From Rhina ancylostomus (taxonomy: Eukaryota): a DNA stretch of 64,000 nt. The stretch is taken from contig JARFYF010000084.1 of the NCBI GenBank assembly GCA_030265395.1, positions 51,854,049 through 51,918,048 on the forward strand, given 5' to 3'. Numbering within the stretch: position 1 is the first letter of the stretch; each line of letters begins with the position of its first letter. A program made the position numbers and the translations under genes. Under the pieces are notes generated by a model, which was not told where the DNA came from, did not search any database, and saw nothing but the letters and a program-made list of their open reading frames with translations. This document shows, in pieces, positions 24,228 to 38,582 of this stretch.

Positions 24228-25719
24228 CCAGGGTGTAGGTGTCTTTTTTTTTAAATGAATGATTGACCTAAGTAGTGTTGTTGCATGCTGAATTTCTCTT
24301 ATTAATTGAATGGTTACAATTCAGAAGGAGGCCATCATGTCCATGGCAGCTCCCTACTGGAGTAATTATCTAGTTCCACCCATTGGCCCTTTCTCTGTAT
24401 CCTTGCAAAGGGCTGAGGGTCACTTGATTTCTCTCCATTTTTTGTGGGTTCTGAGGACAAAGAGTGATTCACAGGCTTTGCCTAGGAATGGAGCAGGAGG
24501 TGCTTGACAGGGAAGGTAAACAGGGTAGTGTGAAGATGTCAGCATTAGGTGAATCAGACAGCATTGACCAGACACATCCTCTCCGCTTTACAGTGAGTCC
24601 AGATAGTAATCTGATAACATTGTGGTATTTGTCCTGGTTCTTAAAATATTTAGCTTTGGTGCATTTAAAAAAATGTAATCTGCAATGTGATTGGAAAGCT
24701 AAGTATTAGGATTATACTAAGGTACGTATCTACATCGAGCACAAAAGCTAGACTCTTAATTACGCAAAAGCTTCTGTGCCAACTTCTGAAAGACAATTCT
24801 GAGAAAACTCATTAAGGAAAAAAAGCAATGACAATGCACTGATATCAAACAGCCTATAATCAAATAAAAAGCATGACTTATAAATACATAACAGGAACAT
24901 TCATGCCCCTTCTTAAAGCTGACTGATATAAACATATCAGAGTCCCAGACTTTATCCAGATTAACTTGTTCCATGGAATTACAAAAGTTAGAAATTTCCA
25001 CATGGTTAAGCAGTTGATAAAGCTTTGTTTCCAGAGCCAGTGTCTCAGCACATGGGACTCCCTCTTTTAACAGAAAATATATTCTGTCATGTGCTGCTTA
25101 CACCATATTAAGTAAATAGATTTGACAGGACAATATTAGCAAGAATCATTGCTGCTTGGGTAGTTGCTGATAACGAGAATTTCATCTGAAGGGCTTTGCT
25201 CAGATCATGGCTTTAAAAAGCACTTGCAATTTAGATTCTGGATGACAGTTTGTAAGGGAAAGAAATCTCTATGAACAACCAAATACAAAAGGCAAATATC
25301 TTCTTTATGTCATAATCACTCCCTCGCTGACCCTCACACAAACACACACCCACTTCTAAGTCTACATTTAACTGCAGTCCAATCTGATATAATTGCAGTC
25401 TTCAGATTCTGCTGACTCCTTGGCCAAATCTGAAGTGAGGATGGAAAGTGCTGTGCCAGTTGTTATTGGGACTGGACCAATTCAAAACTGAGTAACTGCT
25501 AATCTTACTCAGATGGGTGGCTTGTATGGGAGGTGCAAGGAACTTGATTAAAGAAGAACTGATCATATCTTAAAATGAAGCAGCTACATTTTTTAAAAAA
25601 TTGTATAAATTTACACACATACAATAAAGAGTTATCCCAAAGACTAAGAAAACAACAGTCATAATTACAATTACTATCCCTGTGTATGTCCTAATCAAGA
25701 AGATAGACCCAGAGAAGCT

Positions 25720-26240
25720 GGCAGTCTAGTGGTATAATTCGGCTTTGGAATTCTCAACATTAACTCCACAAAGGCACAAGTCATGATTAGAGTGTAATAA
25801 TCTCCAATTACCTGCATAAATCCAATGCCAATAACACTTAAGAAGCTCAGTACTTTCCAGGACCAATCAGTTCACCTGTTTAGAGCCCTGTTCCATAATT
25901 TAAACATTCAATCTATTGGTAAATATTATGGTTGAAGCATCTGCAAGTTGCATTATAGTAGTATCCAGGCTTCTTAGGCAGTATCTCCAAAGTACACAAT
26001 CTCTTCTGCACAGGAGAGGAGAACAGGTGCATGAAAAGACCATCCTTTTCAAGATTTCCTCCAAATCACACACTATCCTGACTTGTATATTCCTATTCGT
26101 TCATCATTACTGGTCAAAGCCAAGATAGTTCTTAACTAACAACATTAGTACCATCTTAAATTTCCCTACCACCTTCTCAAGGGATATACAACAAATTACA
26201 GTCTTTCCAGCAACACCCATATTTTACACATAAGTGAAAA
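25720..26240 (+). mobile_element. Old LINE 3' end (CR1/L2 group)
   Basis: KAQV..SPI...TLKKL..FQD-like remnants, then accaccttctcaaggg..ttccagcaacacccat tail related to the SINE tails in this window. Confidence 0.45.
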
Positions 26241-26269
26241 TTAAAATGCAAGAGTTAGCCAAAAGGCTA

Positions 26270-26612
26270 CATTCAATATTAGTATAGTGTTATCTTGCTG
26301 AACCAATAATCAGAGGCTAGGATATTGATCCAGAATAATGTCAAATCTCACCTGAGCAATAAGAAAATGTAAAATAACTGAATGAAACCTAAATAAAAAT
26401 CCAGCATCAACAATGGTGATGCTGAAACTACCAGACCATCATAAAACCTCATCTGGTTCAGTAATATCCTTACCCCGTCTAGCCATTGACCACACATGTA
26501 TTATGATTGGTTGATTCTTAACTGTCCCCTGAAATGATCCAGCAAATTCAGAGATAATTAAGAATGGGCAATAAATGCTGACCTGGCCAAGATCCAGATC
26601 CTATGAATGACT
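26270..26612 (+). mobile_element. tRNA-headed SINE-like element ending gggcaataaatgctg
   Basis: Collinear with 47600-48020 (catctggttc, ttaccNNgtct, gattctt..ctgaaatg, ggcaataaatgc). Confidence 0.55.
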
Positions 26613-27599
26613 AAGTAACTCAGAATTGCTTCCTCAACTGTGCCTGAAGATGTATTTGAATGTGTTCGGCATTGCTCCCAATAATTTGTTGTTTTTCATC
26701 ATGGCTGTAAATGATTTTTTTTGTGAGGAATTGGAGGATCAAGGAACTATGCAAGGAAATCTGACTGCTGAAGCACCTATCAACCAATACATATCACCTA
26801 GATATGATTCAGCAAAGTCATAACAGAACTGCACATTTAGACTCAGAGCAACCAGTTAATCCATTGAAGTGTCCAGCCACTTTTTTTTACCATCTGGAGG
26901 ACTGGTGAGAGTGCAGGGTGGTTGGATGTGGGAGAGCACAAATAACTCAAATATCAACTCTAATGAGTTATAACATTACGCAGCCACACACCTATCAAGG
27001 CATTATGCTTGGGCAATATTCAGTGGCACTCCTGACCAAATGACCATATTCACAATCCTAAAGACTCTACAGTTATGACTCTCCACTTTGACAGTCTATG
27101 ACAGGAGTGTGACATGCCAAAAGGTAAATTTTGTTCCCCTATATGGTTGGGGTTGGGAGAGAGGCAATTCTGAAGCAGATTCCTCAGTTTATTTTTCTAA
27201 GTATCTTTCATAATCCCAATGTTAAAAAAAACACTTGTACATTCAAGTGGAATTGAGTTTAATCAATGCAGGATATCTTTACTGGAACTGATCATGAGCC
27301 ATAATCCAAAGTTTACAAACTCATGATAGAAAATATTCTATTTTACAAAATCAAGCTTCAAATCTCTCATAGCTTCCAAAATTTCCATTTTTTGGAAAGT
27401 GAGAGAGTCTCAAAGCTCAAGAGAAGAATGATTCACAGTCAAAAGATCTTATTTTACCAGCTGACTTGTATTGGTGTAGTTGTATTTAGTATCACACAGT
27501 TTAATTACACAAATATATAACAGTTTTACAAGTGTTTTATCTTTTGCATTTAGATGGAATGGAATAGGTCTTTTTCCACCATTGAAGCATCACTCAATT

Positions 27600-28020
27600 C
27601 TATCCCACATAATTTATCTGCTGCTGAAATTTTCACCCTTGTCTTGGTCACCACTGAAGTCGGCTACTCCAGTGCAAGCCATGCCGATCTCCCCATTGTA
27701 CAGTGAATAAAATGTCACTCTAAACTTTCTTGCTCCTGCCTTACCTTGCACTTAGTCACCCACTACCCCTGATCTAACCAGCTGGCCTACACTGGCTCCC
27801 AATTAAGAAATGCCTCAATTTTAAAAGTTTGTTTTAGTGCTCCTCTGTTTCCTCAACACTCTTTCTGTAACCACCTTCTGCTCTTCCAACACAGTCCGCT
27901 TTAGCTTCCCCTATTGAAATAGGTCCACTAATGGCAGCCTTGCTAGCCACAGTCAAGTCCTTGGCTCTGGAATTTTTCCCTAATTCGTCACTTCCCTTTC
28001 CTCTTTTAAGACATTACAAT
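27600..28020 (+). mobile_element. L2 LINE 3' fragment
   Basis: ctacactggctcccaatt..aattttaaa = LHWLPI..FK, the usual L2 ORF2 C-terminal motif. Confidence 0.55.
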
Positions 28021-30226
28021 TGAGCAACAGGAATAGTTTATTTAACACTTCAAGCATGTTTCATCATATAATGAGAACATAAATAATCTATGACTTTTCT
28101 ACTCCTCATATCTACCTTAATCTAATATTCCTTAACGTGTTTGGTTAAATCTTTAAACTCATGTGCAAAATGTTATAATTGGTCTACTTTATTACTTATA
28201 AATTTTTAGGTTTTTTTACTACTTTATTACTTATAAATGTTTAGTTTTTTTTAAATCATTTACTTGACCTTCAATAGCTTTTAATCAACATTAACAGCTG
28301 ACAAAAGTGCATCTCCCAGCTTTGCCAATTGCCAAAGGCTGAGCTGGGTGCTGCAGGGACAGAGCCTCCTTACTGCACGACTTATGCCCCTGTTGCCATC
28401 CAGATCTTATGACTGGATCCACATGTAGAGGACCTGTGAGCCAAGCTCTCTTCCAGTCCAGGTATGTGCAGGTGCTGGCAGAACTTACAGGCCAGCATGA
28501 TTCAGCCCATTCTTTCCTTCTCAAGCTGGAAAATTTAAGCAGAAACTGAAGATGAAATTACAGTTTGTCAACAATTGATATATTGTCAGTCCAAAATGAA
28601 AGAACATTGAAGGCAGTTTCAACGTTATAGTTACAGCATCTTAAGAGGTCTGTTTATTTCAGGCAGAAAGCACTGATCTTTCTTTTACCAATTCATATTA
28701 ACAGCTTCAATCTACAACTGGATTCCACCAACAAAAATGTAATTATGGAGTGAAATTACACAAGTTTTCAGTTCATGAACAGAACTGTTGTATTGGTCTA
28801 TGGATCAAAGACTTCGGCAGGGGACTAATGAAATAATACAAGTCAAAAAAAACGGCCTTTGTTGGACAGACAAGTCAGCGAGGGAATGGGATGGTAAATT
28901 AAAGTAATAAGCAAATGGAATTTCAGGATCACCTTTGCAAGTCAAGGTGTTCTGCAACAGAAATTTTCTTCTGCTCTCCTCCTCTGATTTCACTTGTCTC
29001 CTTCTACTTCTCCATTGTGATTAAGAAGTCTTTGCCACGCTCTCCTAGCCAGTACCACCAAAAGTTAGGTCATTCAGTCTTCACTGATCTCACCCTATCA
29101 CCACTGCTGTCTCCACAACTTCTTTGCAACTAAAAAAAACGTTTGATTTTGAACATTGATCAGTTTTGATCAAAGATCACCTACCATAAATGTAAATAAC
29201 ATACCAGCTTAAATTACATCTTCATTATGCTCCTTATATACAACTTATTTTCTTGCTACTCATGTTCCAACTTACTCCATTTACCAATAACAATATTTAA
29301 GATCTTCTTCAAATTATCCTTATTTAGGTCTGACTATGTACATGTGTGTAACTAAAGCTACTTACAAGTATTAAAAGGCCCTGGGAAATGAAGCTAATAG
29401 GCATGGTCCCAGTCTAAACGCAAGACTGCTACAGTTCAAGAAAGTAGCTCACCAGCATCTTCTCAAGAGTATTAGAAATGGCCAGTTATATTGGCCTTGC
29501 TACAGATAGCCACTATCCAAAAACTGAATACAAAATAAATCATCTGAGAGATATACGAGAATCATTGGTGAAATGTCACCTTCAAGTTTCCTTCATTACC
29601 TCTAGCAATCATATACCTCCTGTGGGTAGAGATAGCATGGAATTGCTGCACAGGGGTTCCCAAATGCTCTAACATCTTGGGAAAAATAAAGCAAATATGG
29701 CTAGCATGGTGGTCAAATGCACTTGCAATAATCCAAAGAAAATTTAAAAGTAAGAAATTATTGAGGGACTTCTAAGATTTCTGAAATTTGCTAATGAGAC
29801 ATTAATCAAACAATTCAATTTTCAGAAGTGACAGGATCACTTGCATATCTTGTAAATGATTCACATAATATTTACATAAACATGATTTTAATTTAAAAAT
29901 GCTCAGCTTCCAAACAAATTTAGAAAACTATTTATGGATATGTTCCAGGATCTGTTATTGTTTACCTGGATAACAACAGGTAACTGTGAGAAAAAAATAT
30001 CTGGGCCTGATTCAGAGGAAATATCACTCTTTAAAACTTTCAAAAGAACAGAGTTCAAAATACAGTTCTATAGGCTTAATAAATGTAAAACAAGATATTG
30101 TGTTTCTGACAAAAAAAAATGTCATCTAAACCATCGATCCACATGGTACATCTTGACATCAACAATATCCAGACTGCAACAGCTGTCATTCAGTATTAGC
30201 ATCACTGCAAAAATGTAATAAATTAC

Positions 30227-30360
30227 CTCAGTTAACTCCCAGTGATGGACAAACTGGTCTAGATCAGTCACGTAAAGACGGATTGATGAAAACTGGGACT
30301 GACTTATATGAGGATTAGTGCTGCTGTTCTGAAGCCAAGTCAGTTCTTCTCCTGAGAATC
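30227..30360 (-). CDS. TEX10: TEX10 coding exon 10
   Basis: ctttttgcatcacag / gtaatt. (G)FSGEELTWLQNSSTNPHISQSQFSSIRLYVTDLDQFVHHWELTE. 134 nt. Confidence 0.95.
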
Positions 30361-30779
30361 CTGTGATGCAAAAAGTGATCAAAAAAGAAAAACATAATGA
30401 TAAACAAAACTTTCCATAATCTCTTAGTACAACTCATTTTATAAAACAAGTGATCATTTTGATGTTACCTCTGATGTAGCATGCAAAAAATGTTTTAAAA
30501 TGCACTTCAGAAATTCCCATGGTAAGTGCATTCAGTAAATCCTTTAGTACATCTGCATTAGAGCAAAGTCCACTCAACTCACTATTATCATGAAAATGTC
30601 AAGAACCAAGGTAAAGCAAGGGAAATAACTCCATGATACAATGTTTGGGTAAAGAATCCCCTTAGCTCCCTAATGAAAAAAATCTGATTCTGGTGATCCA
30701 GATTGGGATGCTTTCAATTCGCTTTATGTGATGTTGAAACTCAATGCCCCACAGGCAAAATGTTGAATTCTGGCTAACA

Positions 30780-31860
30780 TTTCAAAAACTGTGGCTCCAG
30801 ATCTGAATAGTATCCAGCCAGATTTGATTGAAGGGATAGGACAGGGGCTCTGTGAAAACTTGACAAATCATAGTCAGATTGATATCTATTAATGGAAAAA
30901 TGCCAGGTGGAACTGAAGGAGATGTCCTTTAATAATCTTTGGAAAACAGGCCATAAGAAATATACCACATGGGTTCATGCAGAAAGATCACATCCTATAA
31001 ACTAAATGAGGTATGTGAGAATATAAATGGGGGAATAAATGATGGAGAATAATACAGAACTGGTCTACGTACAATTCAGGAAACTTAGTAATTATACCAG
31101 GCTACTTTACAAAATAGTACATTGCGATTTCAACAGCAATCTGAAGTGCTGGATTAGGAACTGGTGTCAATCCAGCAGCCAAAAATTTGTATTTTATGGT
31201 TATGGCTNNNNNNNNNNNNNNNNNNNNNNNNNNNNNNNNNNNNNNNNNNNNNNNNNNNNNNNNNNNNNNNNNNNNNNNNNNNNNNNNNNNNNNNNNNNNN
31301 NNNNNNNCTTAGGGAAGTAAAGCATACCAACATGAATGATGCTAAAGAAAGAATGAATATATATATTATAGGAGACAATAAACAAAAGAAGTGAAATTGT
31401 GTACAGATCAGTAAAGGTTCATGAAAAATGGGGGAAGCAGTATATAAGCTAATGAAGTACTGGGTTATTTTAACCGAGCCACGCAATATAAATCTAGAAC
31501 ACTGTTTTGATATTATGCAACCTATTGATTGAACAGCATTAATAATATTGTGCCCAATCTTAGCCTTCCTTTGTGAAAGATTCAGGGAAGAGCAATGAGA
31601 ACTATTCCAGCTGAAGGTACATGATCTCTTTTAGGACATGAATCTATTTACAGCAATGTAGATGGAGAGGTAACTAAATGGCAGTGTTTAATTTCAACAA
31701 TTTGGGATGAACAGAGGACATAAATTTATACAAGATTAGGAACAGACTGGAGTTTAGGTAGTTTTTCCCATAATAAATTATACATCACTGGATTACTTAA
31801 CCAATGCGCAGGGTGCAAGATAATTCTACTTGCTTTGAAGAAGGAAGTAGAACTGGTTTT
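30780..31860 (+). mobile_element. Very old CR1 remnant
   Basis: TELVYVQFRK..LLYKI..WIRNW-like RT remnants with many disablements. Confidence 0.45.
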
Positions 31861-32042
31861 GAATGGGGAATGCAGGAATTGCTGGCAAAAACAAATTTAT
31901 TGCCTATCTCTAACAACCCTCAAGAAATTAGTAACGACCCACTTTCTTGAAGTGTTGCAATCCTTTAGGTCACGATACTCCCATGGTGGGGCTGCGTAGG
32001 GAATTCCAGAATTTGGACCTTGCGATAGTTAAAGGGCAGTGA

Positions 32043-32270
32043 TAGAGTCATACAGCTGTGCTGCAGAGAAACACACACTTCAGCCCAACTCATCCATGGC
32101 AACCAAGTTCCCTCTAAACCTTTCCTATCCACATAACTGCTCACATGCCTTTTAAGGGATAGAGGGATATAGGCGGAACACAGTCAAATGGTACTAACTC
32201 GGGCAACTTGGTTGGCATGACAAGTTGGGCCAAACAGCCTGCTTCCATTCTGTATAGCTCTATGACTCCA
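32043..32270. repeat. Two CR1-type 3' ends in inverted orientation
   Basis: gagtcatacagc..cagcccaactc..caaccaagtt versus aacttggttgg..agttgggcc..gctctatgactc. Confidence 0.65.
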
Positions 32271-32801
32271 TAGCTAAGAGGATGCACAGGTATCAGGCCA
32301 ACAATACTGGCCTCCAAGTAGGTCACCAGAAAGAATCCAACAGCATCCCAAAAATGATTCAAAGCCAGATTTCCTGCTCCATCATTTGAAAGGATCTGGA
32401 TCTTAAAATTCTGGTCAAGCTCAGTAACTCAATAATTTTGAAAATACCACCCAACCCATCCATTGCTTTGCAGTTGCAATTTTACATTCCAAGATGCTCC
32501 AGAGTGCCATTAAAGTTTTTCACTTAACAGAATCTCAGGATTTTAAACTCAATCATCTAAATAAAACACTATTTATGCATTATTTGCTATTGAAGACTGT
32601 TATTTTATGATAATGCTAATGAAAATTTATTTAATCTAAAACAAGAGACGGTGTATTGGACTAGCTTTTGGATCATGCATTACAAATTGATGCTTAAAAC
32701 CACTAAATTCAACTGCCAAACTCAACAGTAAAAACATAAGTATGCAAAGAAAGATTTTTACATTTTTAAATGAAAGTAGAAGAAAATTAAATTATTCGCA
32801 C

Positions 32802-32890
32802 CTGTCAATGTAGAAAATAGAAAACTGAAGTAATCCACATCAGTGACCAAGCTGCTGGGAAGTGAAGGACCCCATCCACCAAAAGAGGAT
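32802..32890 (-). CDS. TEX10: TEX10 coding exon 9
   Basis: cttatttaattttag / gtgcga. (R)[29 protein letters not shown](G). 89 nt. Confidence 0.93.
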
Positions 32891-33729
32891 CTAAAATTAA
32901 ATAAGGGACAACATTAAGTACTTTGCATATTTTTTTATTCTCCACAGATGCAGAATTAAGTCATCAATACTTACAATACAAGTCAAAAATATCCCTTCCT
33001 TAAAGTCTGGATGAGAGAAAAGAAAGAAATTCCTCAGTGCATTTGAAAAACACTCATTACATATTAGACATTTGCACACTTACCTTGTTACTGAAAGATT
33101 AACAAAGAGGTTGAGATTAGAATGAATAATGACCCAAGAGCTACCCGATTACAATTTAAATGGATCACATTTAAAGGTGTGAGCATTAAGTTATAACCTT
33201 TTTTTGCTATTTCCATCTAGTAATTATAACTTTTCACATTGAATCCGCTGTTCAGTTAGAATACTATTGTGTTCATTGTTTTATTTTAAATATAAGAGGT
33301 GCAATACTCAACAAGATAGCAGCCATCCAACGTCTTGACAGATGAAAGAGACATGACAAAGCAAATCAATGGCAGTGGGGAATAAGAAAAGAATTTAATG
33401 CTTTAGTGGCGATCCTTCCAACATTGTCTGCAAGTCAATTTGCCAGATGAAGGTTAGATTGTGCTCCGCTTCCCAACTCACCTGTAGCCTCTAGCCATGG
33501 CTCTCTGTCATGACTCCACATGCTTCAGACTAAGCATAGTACCCCCTGGGTGTCAGAAGGAATAATGAATCTGCAGAGACACTGTTCAATCTCATCTCTG
33601 CATCAGAGTTTTACATTTCTGGAGTTGATCATAGATGGTCCTCAATAGACAGTGCTGAAGTGCGCACCATATTCAGTGCCTTTGATGGCCATTAATGCAA
33701 CCTGATCACTAAGGGACCTCAATAGTTAT

Positions 33730-34660
33730 ATCTTGACAAATTGAAAATGACCCACTTATGGTGTTTTCTGTGTTAACCAATTCTCTAACGAAAATAATGT
33801 TATTCATAGACTATGAGTGTTTCTCTTATGCAGTATTCTTTTTACGTGACACCTGATCAAATACCTTTGGGAAATCCAAATATATTACATCCACTACCCC
33901 ACCCCTCCTTGCCTGTCTAGTAATGTCCTCAAAGAACTCAAATAAAGTTGTTAAGCTCATTATTTTTATGAAACCATTCTAACTGTCTAGTCACATTATA
34001 TTTTTCTGCTTTCACTTCATTAATTGTTTTAATTTCTTCACGCCCACAGTCACCTCTTGTTTTGGTACAATTTTATCAACTTCTTCTACAAGGACAGAAA
34101 GAAAGAATTTGTTTAAATTCTACTCAACTATCTTAGTCTCTATTATCAATTCTTCTACATCAGTATCTAAAGAACCAAGATTCATTTTTGCTATTTTTCT
34201 CATTACCTGCACGTCAAAGCTCTTACAATCTTTTTATATATCTTACTAGTTTATTCACAAGTCCTAGTTTCTTTTTAATCAATTTTTTTCTAGATATTAT
34301 TTTCCAAGATTCTTCGAGTTCTCAGGCATTTTGTAAGTTTTTTTTCCCAATGTAATACTATCCTCAATTTCTTTATTTCAACTTGGATGGGCCTTTTTTT
34401 CCTATGAAATCTTTCCTTCTCAAGGAATGCATATTCATGGAATATTATGACCCATCTCTTTAAATATGGGTCACTGTATATTTACATTATTTTTAATGTA
34501 ATTTCCCCATCTGCAATAGTCAACTCATACTTTGTATCTATAGAATTAACTTTGTTGAAGATTCCATTTTCAGGCTTATGACTATCATTCTGAAACTAAA
34601 TGTAAATTTCCATCAATATTATGGTCACTCTTCCCCAGAGGATCTGGTCTCCTCCCTCAA
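33730..34660 (-). mobile_element. Old CR1 remnant
   Basis: Antisense CR1 ORF2 hallmarks (atcaaatacctttgggaaatccaaatatattacatccact; atggtcactcttccccagaggatc). Confidence 0.55.
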
Positions 34661-35112
34661 TATACCCGATCACAATATATTGGTCTACGAAGTTATACAT
34701 CTCAAAAGCATTTGATCAAAAACTCTGATAACAATCCATCGTTACCTGTTGATTCAAAGTCTGTCCAAATACATTTAGGGAGTTTGCAAACTACAGGCTC
34801 ACCTACACAACCTCTGTCCACCACTTGGTTAATACCTGAATGCAACCTTCACGGCAGGTAACATTCAGTAGAACCAGTCATCACTAATTCCTCCAATAGA
34901 TCCTAAAAAGACATTCAGTCCCTTGTTGTCATGAACAATGCAATTAAAACAGATGAGATGGGAATCTTGGTCAGCATGGACCAGTTGTGCCAAAAGGGAC
35001 TGCTTCTGTGCTCTATTAATCTATGATGTAGAGACATAGAAACCAGAGCCATCTGTATACACGTTGAAGTTAAATCCATTATTATGGATACTGCACAAAA
35101 AGAGGAAGAGAG

Positions 35113-35480
35113 ATAGAACATAGAACATAGAAAAACTATGGCACAATTCAGGCCCTTCAGCCCACAAAGCTGTGCCAAACATGTCCCTACCCTANNNNNN
35201 NNNNNNNNNNNNNNNNNNNNNNNNNNNNNNNNNNNNNNNNNNNNNNNNNNNNNNNNNNNNNNNNNNNNNNNNNNNNNNNNNNNNNNNNNNNNNNTAGTGA
35301 GGCGACCAGAACTGAGCACAATACTCCAGGTGGGGTCTGACCAGGGACCTATACAGCTGCAGCAATACCTCACGGCTTCTAAATTCAATTCCCCGACTGA
35401 TGAAGGACAATACGCCATATGCCTTCTTAACTACAGAGTCAACCTGCGCAGCCACCTTGAGCGTCCTATGGACGGTGAGA
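35113..35480 (-). mobile_element. Relatively young CR1 3' end
   Basis: VDSVVKKAYGVLSFISRGIEFRSREVLLQLYRSLVRPHLEYCAQFWSPH, with a (ctatgtt)n tail. Confidence 0.85.
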
Positions 35481-38069
35481 AAATATAGACAACAGATGCA
35501 ATGCAAGAACAAAATGAGAACAGCAATGACAGAAGTCCAAGAGCAGTAATTATTTTTTGGAATGATGGTTAGGTATCTGAGGGAAAAAGATGTAAATTGT
35601 ATTAAGACATAAAAAAGGATTTACAAGCATTAAAATTTACTCAAAAGCTGCACTCAATGTTAAACCAACAGTCTTTTCCACAAACATCCTTATTGGGGCA
35701 AATTGTTTAATTTGTCACACTAAAGAAATGAATTATTTTTAAAATTATCTAATGATAACCTCAATCACCCCATTAGAATTCACACATGATCTTGTTACAC
35801 TGCATATGAATTACCTATATTGTTGCAGTACAAAAAGAAACATGCTGTTTTCTGCGCAAACTGATGTTATCTACAAAACTAGCTATTCACTGATAGCAAT
35901 TTGGAGGTTAACTTATTTACCAAAATATCCAAAACACAAAATCCACCTCCAATTCCAGACCTGTTGTTCCATCTTAAACCGATGTAAATTTGTCCAAAAG
36001 TACGCTCAATGCCCATTTTATTCAATGCTATTTTTCAAAGCTGCAACTAAATCAACTGGCATTGAAAAATTTCATCAATCCTTGGTTCAAATTACAGGTA
36101 AGCAAATTGTACTGTGAAAGGCTGCATTCTTGGGATAAAGGAATATAAAAACTAAAGACAATTTATTTTTCAAGTATAAGCACAACTGAATACACACACA
36201 ATACACAGATGTGCATGTCTTTAATGTGCTCATTATTAGGAGGGATGATGGGGGAACATGGTAGATGATACGTGGGTTCAATAACTGGTTAATTTTTGAT
36301 TGCTTCTATGTGATTGCGGATTCTGCTAAATCCTTACAAAATACTGAAATGGCAGAATTCATGAAAAGACAAAATTGCACCTGAATTATGAACAATAAAA
36401 GCTTCAGGAAGAATGCTTTTTATCATTGAACATTTATTCATTTTAATCTCAAATTCTTCACCCTCTATTCCACAGAGAAAATTTTGTTTTAGGATAAATT
36501 GCTTTAAAAGCAAAATTGACAGTCATAGAGCTGTACAAGACAGAAATGGGCTGGTTGGCCCATTACATCCATGCCAAACCTTTTGCCCATCTACACTAAT
36601 CTCATTTAAGGGCCATACTCACCTTCGTCTTTCCTACTTAAGTATCTGTCTAAATGCCTCTTAAACATAGTGATTGTATCTTATTCNNNNNNNNNNCCTC
36701 CTCTGGCAGTTCATTCCAGTGTCAATGTAATATTTATTCTACTTGCATATTGGGCTCAACTTCTCTCAGACTATCCAAGCAAAAAAACCATTATAGTTAC
36801 ACTACGCAAATTCTGCATTCTTGCATGGTATGAACCAATAGAACCATTTCCTGATAAATTGTGTTGATGAGGAACATCTGGGCCAAAGGGCCTGTAATGT
36901 GCTGTAATGTTCTATCTCCAGAAGTGCAATGGCTGAGGTTTCCCACTCCTGCACTAACAAACAACATCACTTTAATCAGCATAAAAATTGCTGAACAAAA
37001 AATGCCAGTCTATACTTTTGCTCAGAACTGGCAAGGAGATCTATAACAGTGATCTAATTTTCCTTATGAATTTCTGCTCAAGGACAACAGAGTGGTTATA
37101 TATAGTGCTTTTGTCTTTTAACATGGATTCCTATCAACTCAAACTAAAACTAAGTCTCTGCTCTACTCTGGCTCAGAGGGTAAAAAGAAATGAATTACAG
37201 AATCACTGAAGCACAGCATCTATTCATCTCATCAAGTCAGCGTTGGCTCAGAGTAAAACAATTCCATCTGTCCCATTCCCAATGTCTTCTACAGGTTCAG
37301 CCTCTTTCCTTTGTACTCTTTACCCCTATTTATGAATCCTAAGATCCCATATGCTTATATACCAGTTTCCGACATGCCTGCCATTATCACAGATTTATGC
37401 ACCCAGGTTCCTCTGTTTCTACATTCCCATAAAAATTGTGCCAATTGGACTGCATTATCCATTCTTGTTCTTTTTGTCAAAGTGTATCACTTCACACTTG
37501 TTTGTATTAAATTTCATCTGTCGCTGAGCTACCCAATTCTTCTTGCAATCCATTAGCAAAATGTTCACCGTTTACCACATTTCCAAGCTTTGTGTTATCT
37601 GCAAAACAAGAAATTTTATCCTGCACACCCATTTCAAAGTTACAGATGTGTAAAAGTATCCCAACGATGACCCTTTGGGTACACTATTATGCAACATCCT
37701 CTATTGCAAAATACAACTAATCTCTGCTTTCTGCCTTTAAATCCATTCATTCCAATGCTGCTCCTGACACTTTAAATCCATGGCCTTAATTCTGTTCAGT
37801 AACCTTTTCAGTGAGAATGTCTGCAAACTATCCAAACATCTACTGTATTCCCTTCATCANNNNNNNNNNNNNNNNNNNNNNNNNNNNNNNNNNNNNNNNN
37901 NNNNNNNNNNNNNNNNNNNNNNNNNNNNNNNNNNNNNNNNNNNNNNNNNNNNNNNNNNNNNNNNNNNNNNNNNNNNNNNNNNNNNNNNNNNNNNNNNNNN
38001 NNNNNNNNNNNNNNNNNNNNNNNNNNNNNNNNNNNNNNNNNNNNNNNNNNNNNNNNNNNNNNNNNNNNT

Positions 38070-38582
38070 ATAGATGCACCATAGAGAGCATTCTATCCGG
38101 ATGCATCACAGCTTGGGTTGGTAACTGCTCTGCCCAAGACAGCAATAAATTGCACGTTGCTGCCTTGGGAAAACAGCCAATATAATCGAAGGCTCCTCCC
38201 ACTCTGGCCATTCTCTATTCTCTCCCTCTCTCTCCTTCCCCCCCAAATTGGGCAGAAGATACAAAAGCTTGAAAGCACGCACCACCAGGCTCAAGGGCAG
38301 CTTCTATTGCACTGTTATAAGACTCTTGAATGGACCTCTTCTATGATAAAGACGAACTCCTAAACTCACAATCTACATCCTGTAGCCCTTGTACCTTATT
38401 TGTCTACCTGCACTGCACTTTCCCTGTAACTGTAACACCACATTCTGCATTGTTTTTCCCTTTGTACTATCTCAATGTACTTGCGTTTTGGAATGGTCTG
38501 TCTGAAGGTCATGCAAAACAAAGTTTTTCACTGTATATCACTCGGTACATGTGACAATAATAAGCCAATTACCAATTACCAT
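38070..38582 (+). mobile_element. Rex1/Babar-like 3' end
   Basis: YRCTIESILSGCITAWVGNCSAQD; tail caataataagccaattaccaattacc. Confidence 0.8.

Noticed and set aside
24420-24650. Non-repetitive-looking, moderately GC-rich intronic blocks (also 28320-28530 and 33300-33700) as snoRNAs or conserved enhancers
   Set aside because: I could not identify box C/D or H/ACA architecture with terminal stems, and conservation cannot be judged without alignments.
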